DNA of 64,000 nucleotides from Pseudomonadota bacterium (GTDB taxonomy: Bacteria > Bdellovibrionota > Bdellovibrionia > Bdellovibrionales > Bdellovibrionaceae), in assembly GCA_041178425.1 (NCBI GenBank), contig JBEGVH010000016.1, positions 64,001 through 128,000 on the forward strand, read 5' to 3'. Positions 28,532 through 39,200 of this stretch are shown piece by piece; the first letter of the stretch is position 1; every line of letters begins with the position of its first letter. The notes below the pieces were generated by a model. It was given only the letters and a program-made list of their open reading frames with translations. It had not been told where the DNA came from and searched no databases. The translations under genes and the position numbers were made by a program.

Positions 28532-29458
28532 TTAAGCCTGAGTTTGGGCTGAACCCCTATCGAAGAGCATCACAAAAGGTGCTGCAACATAGATAGAAGA
28601 GTAAGTTCCAAAAATAATTCCAATAACGAGCGCAAAGGCAATATCAGCAACAGTTCCGTCCGCTAACAACCAAAGAGCCGACGCTGAGGTCAACACTGTT
28701 CCAGAGGTGATGAGAGTTCTTTGAAGCATATCATTAATGGCCTTGTTGACAATAAAACGAATACCCTTTGTCGAATAATGGGATTCGGTCTCACGGATTC
28801 GATCAAAGACCACAATGGTATCATTCAACGAGTACCCCATAAGGGTTAAAATAGCGGCCAAAATAGGAATGTTAACTTCTTTTCCAACCAAAACAAATAT
28901 TGCCAAGGTAATAACCGCATCATGAAACAAACATACTACAGCACCAGGAGCATACTTGTAATCGAATCGAAGCCCCACATAGATGAGGATTACAAGAAGA
29001 CAGTAAAATACCGATAGAAAACCGTTTCTTTTTAGTTCCGCACCCACTTGAGGACCAACCGAATCAACACGACGAAATTCGGGCTTTTGATTGGCAAAGG
29101 TATTAGCAATCGATGTTTTAAGATGCTCTACACTCGCCTTAACTGCTTGGTTAATTTCTTTTTCAGTCCCTTTTGTTGGGAGCTGAAAACGCACAATATA
29201 CTCTTTATCATCTCCGAAACCTTGTATTCCGGGGTTGATGAGATTCTCCTTTTCAACAAGTGAACGAAGCTCATCAATTTTTACTTGGCTTTCAAACTTA
29301 ACCTGAACTTCAGTGCCTCCCAAGAAATCAATACCCCAGCTCACTCCACGCACCCCAAGGTACACCAACGAAAGGAGCACAAGAATTCCCGACATGGCTC
29401 CAAGGAGTGGACTACTTTTTACAAAATCAATTTTTCCGAATGATTCTTCTTTCTTCAT
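28532..29458 (-). CDS. secF: Protein translocase subunit SecF
   Basis: GIDFLGG, GYSLNDTIVVFDRIRE. Confidence 0.97.
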   Translation of the reverse strand: MKKEESFGKIDFVKSSPLLGAMSGILVLLSLVYLGVRGVSWGIDFLGGTEVQVKFESQVKIDELRSLVEKENLINPGIQGFGDDKEYIVRFQLPTKGTEKEINQAVKASVEHLKTSIANTFANQKPEFRRVDSVGPQVGAELKRNGFLSVFYCLLVILIYVGLRFDYKYAPGAVVCLFHDAVITLAIFVLVGKEVNIPILAAILTLMGYSLNDTIVVFDRIRETESHYSTKGIRFIVNKAINDMLQRTLITSGTVLTSASALWLLADGTVADIAFALVIGIIFGTYSSIYVAAPFVMLFDRGSAQTQA

Positions 29459-29468
29459 TTTACACCCC

Positions 29469-31160
29469 TTATACGGAAACTTTGTTCCAACCCAATTTAT
29501 GAACTAATGAATCCATAATGACCTTGCCGATAAAAACGTTAGCAAACATCGTTGTGAAAATACCTATTAATAGGGTCACCGCGAAGCCTTTGACAGGCCC
29601 AGTACCAAAATACAGAAGAATAACTGCAGTAGCACCGGTGGTAATGTTAGCATCTAAGATGGCACTCATTGCACGATGATAACCTTCTGCAAGCGCCAAC
29701 TTAAAGCCGCTACCCTTGGCTAACTCTTCTCTCATTCGCTCGAAAATAAGCACGTTTGAATCGACGGCGAACCCTACTGTCAAGGCTATGCCAGCAATGC
29801 CCGGCAGAGTGAGAGTCGCATTAAGTGAGGAAAGTGCTGCCAATGAAATGATGACGTTCAACAAAAGCGTAAACACAGCAATAACGCCGCTGCCTTTATA
29901 ACGAAGAAGCATAAACAGAGCGATAAGAGCAAAACCGACAAACCCTGCCACTTGAGCTTTCTTGACCGAGTCAGCACCCATCGTCGGACCAACACGTCTC
30001 TCTTCAAGTTGCTCCAATGTTGCAGGTAAAGCACCCGCTCTTAAAGCGGTCGCAATCATTTTTGCTTCATTGATAGCCTGATCTCTCACACGTCCTCTAC
30101 CCAAAGTGATCACGGCACGACCGCCACCAATTTTAGTTTGGATAACAGGTGCTGATTTAATGACTTTATCAAGAACGATCGCCATCGATTTACCGATATT
30201 TTCACCTGTGAGGCTCGCAAATTTATTGGCGCCCATGTTATTGAAAACAAGACTCACTTCTGGAACTCCATATTGGTCAAACGAGACAAAGGCGTCGTCA
30301 AGAGCATCACCACTCAAACCTGTATCTGTTCGAACAAGCATTGGAATACGACCAGCCTCTAAGGTTGCAGCATTCTCCATCTTTTCAAAAATGATCATGG
30401 TCTTTTCAGGCAATTGACCCTTGAGATCCTCGTTTAACTTCGATACGTACTGACTGTATCGGAGGGATTTAAAATCGTAGCCACCTTTTTTCTCAGCGTC
30501 CGCAATTAAACCCTGTAATTCTTCAGCGCCTTTAGTCGGTTCGACCATCATAAAATCAAGACGCGCCGAAGTGTTAATAAGAGCCTTTGCTTGCTCAGCA
30601 TCAGCAACGCCAGGAAGCTGAATACTAATTCGATCAGCACCTTGAGCCGCAATACTTGGCTCAGCCACACCAAACTCATCGATACGATTACGAATCGTCT
30701 CTATCGCTTGCTGTAGTACTCGCTGCTTGTAGTCCTGAAGATAGGAGTCAAAATAACGAAAATGGAGAGCACCGTCTTGTACACCTAAGCTTTGAAAAAT
30801 TGTGCCATAGCGGTCGTTGAATAGGCCTTCAATGGCTTTTTGTTGGGTTTCATCGATAAAACCGATCTTAATTTCACCAACAGACGGATTAACAACACTG
30901 ATATCGTTTAACGAGATCCCTTTTTCTTGGAATTCCGATTTTAACTGCGAAGAGAGTCTGGTGATTTGCTCAGACATTACCCCATCAACATCCACGCCCA
31001 TAACAAGGTGCAAGCCCCCTTGAATGTCGAGACCGTAGTTTAGTTTTTTCTTTGTTAACCACTTACTGTTGTCAACGTTAATAAAGTTGGGGACCAACCA
31101 GATCACCGCAACGATAATTCCAATAATCGCTGTCCATAGTCTAAATCGGAAATTTTCCAT
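29469..31160 (-). CDS. secD: Protein translocase subunit SecD
   Basis: GLDIQGG, RIDEFGVAEP, VDSNVLIFER, DANITT. Confidence 0.97.
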   Translation of the reverse strand: MENFRFRLWTAIIGIIVAVIWLVPNFINVDNSKWLTKKKLNYGLDIQGGLHLVMGVDVDGVMSEQITRLSSQLKSEFQEKGISLNDISVVNPSVGEIKIGFIDETQQKAIEGLFNDRYGTIFQSLGVQDGALHFRYFDSYLQDYKQRVLQQAIETIRNRIDEFGVAEPSIAAQGADRISIQLPGVADAEQAKALINTSARLDFMMVEPTKGAEELQGLIADAEKKGGYDFKSLRYSQYVSKLNEDLKGQLPEKTMIIFEKMENAATLEAGRIPMLVRTDTGLSGDALDDAFVSFDQYGVPEVSLVFNNMGANKFASLTGENIGKSMAIVLDKVIKSAPVIQTKIGGGRAVITLGRGRVRDQAINEAKMIATALRAGALPATLEQLEERRVGPTMGADSVKKAQVAGFVGFALIALFMLLRYKGSGVIAVFTLLLNVIISLAALSSLNATLTLPGIAGIALTVGFAVDSNVLIFERMREELAKGSGFKLALAEGYHRAMSAILDANITTGATAVILLYFGTGPVKGFAVTLLIGIFTTMFANVFIGKVIMDSLVHKLGWNKVSV

Positions 31161-31513
31161 TAGTTTTTGACCTCTTGTTGTTGTGCCAATGTAGAAGCAA
31201 CTTGTGATCTTAGAACCTTTATTGAAACACCCTCTGCAATCTCGAGTGTAACGAAACGATCCGTGAGTCCTTCAATAGTCCCTAAGATTCCACTCGATGT
31301 AATAACCTCGTCTCCCTTTTTAAGTTCGGAGACAAACTTGTGATGCGCCTTTTGTCGCTTTACTTGGGGGCGAATAACGAGAAAATAGAAAATCGCGAAA
31401 ACAAAAATAAACGGAAGCATCATTTCAATTGCTCCCGGTTGTTTGGGTGCACCATTACCGGTTTGGGTTATTTGTTGTGCCTGTGCCATTAAAGATAAAA
31501 AAAGTACTTTCAT
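31160..31513 (-). CDS. yajC: Preprotein translocase subunit YajC
   Basis: FYFLVIRPQ, LKKGDEVIT. Confidence 0.95.
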   Translation of the reverse strand: MKVLFLSLMAQAQQITQTGNGAPKQPGAIEMMLPFIFVFAIFYFLVIRPQVKRQKAHHKFVSELKKGDEVITSSGILGTIEGLTDRFVTLEIAEGVSIKVLRSQVASTLAQQQEVKN

Positions 31514-31556
31514 TCGATGTCCTCCAGTTCAAGATTTTTACTTATGACGAAAGGTA

Positions 31557-31594
31557 TTGTTCTAAACGCACTAACCTAATGGCGTTTAGAACAA
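31557..31594. promoter_or_regulatory. Perfect 13-bp inverted repeat in the tgt-yajC spacer
   Basis: TTGTTCTAAACGC-N12-GCGTTTAGAACAA. Confidence 0.6.
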
Positions 31595-31692
31595 ATTAGA
31601 AGTCCCCTCGCATAACTTGTGAAATCTTAAGGTCCCCTAAAAACTGAACACTTTTTGTTTCAAATAGCAAGGGTTTCACTAAACATCGAAAA

Positions 31693-33803
<2,111 letters not shown>

Positions 33804-34006
33804 ATTACCAATGGCCATCAAGTCAGTTAAGTCTCGGAAAACTAAGGGACTCCCCCTTGAAAAGCAATCTTAATTTAGCGACCTCACTGGGGGGCGAATA
33901 CCAATTCCCTTTTGACAAATGGATTTAATAAAAATAGACCCACCTAACTTCTCATGAGCAAACCATTTAGAATCTACGCCTTGAAACACAATGGGATTAG
34001 GCAAAA

Positions 34007-34402
34007 ATGAAATTTTTCACTTCGCTATTAATTGTATTTTTTTCGCACGTTTGTTGGGCCAAGAGCTCTTATGATTTCGGTAAAAAAACAATCCGTTTTA
34101 TCGATGCCCAGACCGGCGAAATCGCCTCGGTTCAAGAATTCGTGGTGTATCGAATTTATGATTTTCCCTGCATATTGGATGGAAGTCGTTTGTCACATTG
34201 TGTGGATGGCCCCACCGAAATTTTGCCCGTAACCAACGGTGAAGTCGTCATTGAACCTCGAAGGGTTAAAGTCAATTTTTTCTTTGCAAAGAATCCTCGA
34301 ATTGGCTTGCAGGTATCTGGCTCAAGCTTGAGTTGGTTTTCGATCGACGAGTTTAAGAATTTGCCAGACCCCTATTATGTTAAAGTCGCCTACCATCATT
34401 AA
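34007..34402 (+). CDS. Hypothetical secreted protein
   Basis: Signal peptide (CWA-K); no family recognised. Confidence 0.6.
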   Translation: MKFFTSLLIVFFSHVCWAKSSYDFGKKTIRFIDAQTGEIASVQEFVVYRIYDFPCILDGSRLSHCVDGPTEILPVTNGEVVIEPRRVKVNFFFAKNPRIGLQVSGSSLSWFSIDEFKNLPDPYYVKVAYHH

Positions 34403-34577
34403 GTCGCAAAATTTTCGGCGCAACTGCCTCATCTCAGGACGACGGTTCAATCCTTAATTGTAGTATGAGAACGACTGCCATATCAAAATGATTAATTTAC
34501 GGGTAATTCACATTAGCTTCCTATTTCTCGTGCTAAAGTATTGAAGTGATTAACGGAACGTTTACGGAGGATTATCG

Positions 34578-35513
34578 ATGGGTACGCCTATGAAGATTTC
34601 TCTTCTTGTGGGAGGGCTTCTCATCTTTGCAATTTCCACCCCTCAAATTCTCTTTAGCTTCGTTTCTAGAATGGACGAACAAGAAGATCTTAGTGTTCGT
34701 TCGTCGCTTCCTGAAAATCCAGAACGGCCGCTTCGGAGAATACCAGCATCGGTCAATGCTGCCGGAGACGACCGGCTCTTAGCGTCCAATCCTAAACCAT
34801 CAATGACCTCTGCAAACTTATCGTCTGAAATTGAGTGTACCTTTACGGTTTCCACCACAGGAGATATTGCCAGTGGATTCAGGGCCATTCCAATCACGAA
34901 TGGAATTGGACAGATATCTCTCGAACACAACATGAAAACTTACCTCAAGATTGATTCAAAAAATGTCAGTTCCGTTAGGTATAGGTGTCGAAAAGAGGTT
35001 GAATGGACTCGTTTCGAAAAATCTAACGGTTCAAATCTCTTTGGAGGTTTTTATGATGATCCTACCTGTGAATTTAGGGCGTTTAAAGATGACTCCGATG
35101 AAATCGGAACCTCCTGCGTTCCGTCGAAGATCGTCATCAAAGATACGAGTTTTAACTGCCCCCTTTTGGGAAACGTGAATTCAATGACGATGTTAGCCTC
35201 CATTGAAACAAACAATCACACAAGACAAGGTTATTACTTTATCTTTACAGAGAGCCCGGACAAAGCGAAGTCTTACATTTTTTTCAATCAAAAATGGTCT
35301 GAGTTTAGCTCCTCTGAACCGATGACCCTAAACGGTTATTCAATGACATCGAGTTTTAATCCTTTTAACGTTCAAGTCTTTAACGGGAGCGACCTGAACA
35401 GTTATCGTAATTATAAGGTTTATCTAGGTTATGGCCTGGGTCACTCCATGAGCGAAGCCTTTGACGATATGAAGAGTGCTTCTCGTCACAAACTCTGTGG
35501 CACCATTGAATAA
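34578..35513 (+). CDS. Hypothetical exported Cys-containing protein
   Basis: GGAGG RBS, N-terminal hydrophobic segment, disordered linker, beta-rich body. Confidence 0.7.
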   Translation: MGTPMKISLLVGGLLIFAISTPQILFSFVSRMDEQEDLSVRSSLPENPERPLRRIPASVNAAGDDRLLASNPKPSMTSANLSSEIECTFTVSTTGDIASGFRAIPITNGIGQISLEHNMKTYLKIDSKNVSSVRYRCRKEVEWTRFEKSNGSNLFGGFYDDPTCEFRAFKDDSDEIGTSCVPSKIVIKDTSFNCPLLGNVNSMTMLASIETNNHTRQGYYFIFTESPDKAKSYIFFNQKWSEFSSSEPMTLNGYSMTSSFNPFNVQVFNGSDLNSYRNYKVYLGYGLGHSMSEAFDDMKSASRHKLCGTIE

Positions 35514-35639
35514 AAATGATTTTAAACGATTATTTCAAGATTAATGAGGGGTTAGACACCTGTCTCAAAAGGAAACAATGGGTTTGAAATTTGTAGATAC
35601 TAACCGGACTGGAACCATGCAATCTTACTTTCTGATTGA

Positions 35640-35669
35640 AAAGTAGTTTAATAGTTATTAAACTACTTT
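35640..35669. promoter_or_regulatory. Perfect 14-bp palindromic operator upstream of folE
   Basis: AAAGTAGTTTAATA-gt-TATTAAACTACTTT. Confidence 0.75.
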
Positions 35670-35694
35670 AAGACCTTAAATGAAGGGAAGTATT

Positions 35695-36318
35695 ATGAGT
35701 AAATCAGCAGGCATTAATTTGGCGGGACCAGTGCTTTCTAAAACGATCAGTCAGGGAACTCGGGGAGCCTCCCCTGTGCAAGACTTAGTCACCAGTTTAC
35801 TTGCTTCGACAGGCGAAGACCCTCTTCGTGAAGGGCTTGCAAAAACACCGGAACGCTTTGAAAAAGCCTTCAGAGAACTCACTGCTGGATATCATATATC
35901 TCCCGCCGAAGCGATAGGGGAAGGTATCTTTTCATCGGAGGGGCCGGGCTTAATTACTGTAAAAGAAATTGAATTCTTCAGTTTATGCGAGCACCATATT
36001 TTACCGTTTTGGGGCAAGGCCTCGATTGCCTACCTTCCAAACGAGAAAATTCTCGGACTCTCCAAGTTGGCCCGAATCGTCGAGGTTTTTTCTAGGCGAT
36101 TACAGGTGCAAGAACGCTTAACAAGAGAGATTGGCGAGGCTATCCACGAGCTTCTTAAACCAAAAGCCGTTTTGGTAAAAATTGAAGCTTCACATATGTG
36201 TATGATGATGAGAGGGATTCGAAAAATCAACTCAACAACCGCTACCGAGCATTATATTGCCGGCGAATCAATTTCAGATTTTGAGAGAAGCCGGCTGTAT
36301 GATCACTGCGATTCGTAG
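35695..36318 (+). CDS. folE: GTP cyclohydrolase I (type IA)
   Basis: [38 protein letters not shown]. Confidence 0.93.
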   Translation: MSKSAGINLAGPVLSKTISQGTRGASPVQDLVTSLLASTGEDPLREGLAKTPERFEKAFRELTAGYHISPAEAIGEGIFSSEGPGLITVKEIEFFSLCEHHILPFWGKASIAYLPNEKILGLSKLARIVEVFSRRLQVQERLTREIGEAIHELLKPKAVLVKIEASHMCMMMRGIRKINSTTATEHYIAGESISDFERSRLYDHCDS

Positions 36319-36330
36319 TTGGAAATATTC

Positions 36331-36882
36331 ATGGCTAAAAAAGTTAAAAACTCAAAATTAAAATTGAACCCAAAATCGCCGTCGAGTCACCCCAGCATAG
36401 AGAATCTACGTGATCTCGAAAAGGCCGTGGGAAACTTTATGGAGTACTGGGGCTTTAAGAATATTCATGGACGAATTTGGGCTCACCTTTTCACCTCGAG
36501 CGTTCCACTAGACTCCCTTGAACTCATGAGCCGGCTTGGAGTATCCAAGGGCTTAATGAGCCTTGCCATTCGTGATCTCCAAAAATATGAAGTCATACAA
36601 GTTGACCACATCGGTAAGCACGGTTCTGTCGCTTTTGTCGCGAATCAGGACTTATTCAAGGTGATAACAAACGTACTTCAAATGCGTGAATTAAAAATGC
36701 TCGAAGAGGCTGAGAAGGCCTGTGAATCACTCAATACCCTTCGAGAACAAGATATTGAACGTTTGAATCTCAATTTGGAACGTATTCATTCAGTTAAGGA
36801 ACTCATCAAAGACTCACAAAACTTACTTCAAATGCTTATATTGCAAAATCAACTTCCTACTTGCCAGCAGGAGCAGCCATGA
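36331..36882 (+). CDS. GbsR/MarR family transcriptional regulator
   Basis: GNFMEYWGF...GRIWAHLF...LGVSKGLMS winged-HTH pattern. Confidence 0.8.
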   Translation: MAKKVKNSKLKLNPKSPSSHPSIENLRDLEKAVGNFMEYWGFKNIHGRIWAHLFTSSVPLDSLELMSRLGVSKGLMSLAIRDLQKYEVIQVDHIGKHGSVAFVANQDLFKVITNVLQMRELKMLEEAEKACESLNTLREQDIERLNLNLERIHSVKELIKDSQNLLQMLILQNQLPTCQQEQP

Positions 36883-37685
36883 GTTCGCAATCACCCAAAA
36901 TTAGTCGTCGCCCTCATTTTAGAAAAGTAGCGCTAGCCCTTTGGGGTCAACATGGAGACCCTTCGGTTTATGGATTTGTTGAACTTGATGTAACTCAAAT
37001 GAAAAACAAATCAAACCTATTGGCGATGATCACAAAGGCTACTGGGCAAACCATGAAAAAAAATACTGAACTTACTTCGATGATTAAATGGGGTGGGATC
37101 ACACAACGAAAAGACTGCACAATTTCTCTCATGGTCAATATTCCAGAAACGCAAAAAGATCTTTCGGCCATGAATTTAGAAGATACTGATAGAATGACTA
37201 TCGAAGCGATACAAAACATTCTGAATTCAAAGTCTAGAGTGATACGCTCACATCAAGATCCTCACCTCGGGCCGGTTTTAAAAATTATACGATTTATACC
37301 CAGACCGATTCTAAAAATGTTTTTAGGTTTGTATTCATTTTTAATTTATGAACTGGAAACCAGACTCGGAATCACTCCTTTGCCTCTTCGTCCATTTGGT
37401 TCTGTTATTATTTCTAATGTGGGTTCGCTAGGAATAAAGAAGGCCCTTTTGCCTTTAGTACCCTTAGCAAGAGCGACGATGATGATGTCTATCGGTAAGA
37501 TCTCAAAAGAGCCAAAAGTAATCGACGAAGCTATCTGTATTCGCGAAATAGTTAACCTTGGAATTACCTTTGACCATCGCCTTTTCGACGGTTCTCACGC
37601 TGCAAAAATGCTGAATGACTTTCAGGAGTCATTCGAGGCGCTATTAAAAAATGAAAGTCTCGATGATCTCAAGGGAGTTTCTTAA
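36879..37685 (+). CDS. Stand-alone 2-oxoacid dehydrogenase E2-type (CAT-like) acyltransferase catalytic domain
   Basis: ISNVGSLG and TFDHRLFDG (HxxxDG); no lipoyl domain; ATGA overlap with the regulator. Confidence 0.8.
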   Translation: MSSQSPKISRRPHFRKVALALWGQHGDPSVYGFVELDVTQMKNKSNLLAMITKATGQTMKKNTELTSMIKWGGITQRKDCTISLMVNIPETQKDLSAMNLEDTDRMTIEAIQNILNSKSRVIRSHQDPHLGPVLKIIRFIPRPILKMFLGLYSFLIYELETRLGITPLPLRPFGSVIISNVGSLGIKKALLPLVPLARATMMMSIGKISKEPKVIDEAICIREIVNLGITFDHRLFDGSHAAKMLNDFQESFEALLKNESLDDLKGVS

Positions 37686-38097
37686 TTTCAAACCACCACA
37701 AGACGAGAATCGCCTTCGAGGTCCACAAGAACGTGCGTGGCCAATTAGTTTCAATTAAACGATTGATGGTTTCTGTACTAAATCCCAAAGATAGTTGGTT
37801 ATGCAACGGTACACTAACAAAAAAAGTTAGCAGCCACAGCCCTACTACCATAGCCAAATTTATAATAGAGACTAAATGAGGCTGGAGCCAAACCAAGGAA
37901 AGTGCAGAAACTAATTCAAGTATCATCACTGGGCCCACGAGAAGTCCCATTACTGCTGAATGTCGAGCATGAAATGAAACAAAATGATCCTGTGATACAA
38001 CCAAAAAGCTTGGATACTGAATAAGCTGAATCACCCAGATGACTCCACACATATAAAAAGAACTAAGGGGAGTTATCGCAAAGATTAAAGATTTCAC
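37669..38097 (-). CDS. Four-TM membrane protein (DUF1772/anthrone oxygenase-like)
   Basis: MCGVIWVIQLIQYP...FHARH...VPLH...NWPRT; GTGA overlap with the upstream gene. Confidence 0.6.
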   Translation of the reverse strand: MKSLIFAITPLSSFYMCGVIWVIQLIQYPSFLVVSQDHFVSFHARHSAVMGLLVGPVMILELVSALSLVWLQPHLVSIINLAMVVGLWLLTFFVSVPLHNQLSLGFSTETINRLIETNWPRTFLWTSKAILVLWWFEIKKLP

Positions 38098-38498
38098 TTC
38101 GAGGGTCCTAAATCACAATAAGGGCTGGTCTCGCAAGATTTTCGAGGTAAAAATGGTCTCACTTTAACGAAGACTTGGTAGTTGAACTGCAGAAACTTTT
38201 TAACGCTGTTTTTGGTGGCGATTCGATGGAGCCACTGAAGCTTTTCAAGCTGCGACCAGATGAGAATAAATGCATCAACCCCAATATGGAGTTGTCCCTG
38301 CGCGTCTCTCGCATGAAGCTCTACGTTTATTTTGTGAGGATCTAAGTTTTCCTTAGCTGGGTCAAACTCCGGGTTGGCAATATCAACAAATGAGATGTTC
38401 TCGCTGCCCTTTAATTTTTTGTAGTGTTCGATCTCGGCCGAGCAAACAACGCAAAGACCATCATAAAAGACTTCAATTTTTTTAGGACTTGTTGGCAT
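38094..38498 (-). CDS. DCC1-like thiol-disulfide oxidoreductase (DUF393)
   Basis: FYDGLCVVC (DxxCxxC), LH...GVDAF. Confidence 0.85.
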   Translation of the reverse strand: MPTSPKKIEVFYDGLCVVCSAEIEHYKKLKGSENISFVDIANPEFDPAKENLDPHKINVELHARDAQGQLHIGVDAFILIWSQLEKLQWLHRIATKNSVKKFLQFNYQVFVKVRPFLPRKSCETSPYCDLGPSK

Positions 38499-38512
38499 CG
38501 TTCACCCCTCTT

Positions 38513-38536
38513 ATTGTTCATACTACCATGAACAAT
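38513..38536. promoter_or_regulatory. Palindromic operator upstream of the DUF393 operon
   Basis: ATTGTTCAT-actacc-ATGAACAAT; same GTTYA-N8-TRAAC core as the folE site. Confidence 0.65.
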
Positions 38537-38702
38537 GGGCCCAAGACAAATAAAGATCTCAGAATGAGTCTTGATAGAGACCGCAAAGTGCAAATCAGAT
38601 TGGGAGGGAACCAACTTCAAGGAGTATTTTGCGGATGCGGGGCAGGACAAGGTAGAGAGCCGCCATGCTCAGTTGACTTTGGCGCCGATTAAAAGGATTT
38701 GA

Positions 38703-39200
38703 TTATTGCGACATTTTCCTAAGAAGAGACTCCGAGCTTTCAAGCCCCCAGTGCAATATTTTTTGTGAGACGGAGCAACAGCTTTTCCGGATGAAACTTT
38801 TTGCTATATTCCCATCGTCTCCTGGCACAAGAGTTAATATCCAATCTGCACTTCCTCTTTCCGTCAGCCTATAAGTGAAATTTGAATCGGTGTGATAATA
38901 GTCACCGGTCTCTTCGCCAAGTTTTTCATGGATTTTGTCTGAGGCGACTCCAAGAAGTTTTTTGCTATGAATAAGGTCCACAACCATTCTTGAACGTTCT
39001 TGTGTCGAACCACTTTTAAATTTTGATTCTGAAAAAGGTTCTTGTGGCCATAAAAAACTAGCTTCCCATAAAAAAAGCCTGTTGTTACACCAATAAAAAA
39101 TGCCGAAAACAGAAAACAATATTAACATTCCAATAAGAATTTTAAATGCCATGCTGACAGATCTTTTAAATAGGCTAGTCATATTTCTGATGGTTTTCAT
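38703..39200 (-). CDS. Membrane-anchored BamE/SmpA-like protein, putative immunity protein
   Basis: One TM helix, then F..S.F...RSRMVVDL...LLG...I...LG pattern; ATG overlaps the read-through stop of the upstream gene. Confidence 0.55.
   Translation of the reverse strand: MKTIRNMTSLFKRSVSMAFKILIGMLILFSVFGIFYWCNNRLFLWEASFLWPQEPFSESKFKSGSTQERSRMVVDLIHSKKLLGVASDKIHEKLGEETGDYYHTDSNFTYRLTERGSADWILTLVPGDDGNIAKSFIRKSCCSVSQKILHWGLESSESLLRKMSQ

Noticed and set aside
33822..33900. preQ1 riboswitch upstream of queA
   Set aside because: A GGTCGC-like word is present, but there is no closing stem or A-rich tail.
33958..34006. GEMM-I (c-di-GMP/cGAMP) riboswitch-like GCAAACCATT...AATGGGA...GCAAA
   Set aside because: No GNRA tetraloop, the GACGCAAA junction is wrong, and there is no room for the second hairpin before the ATG.
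34497..34506. Bdellovibrio LexA-like box
   Set aside because: TTAC-N2-GTAA spacing differs from the TTAC-N3-GTAA I recall, and the downstream gene is not SOS-like.
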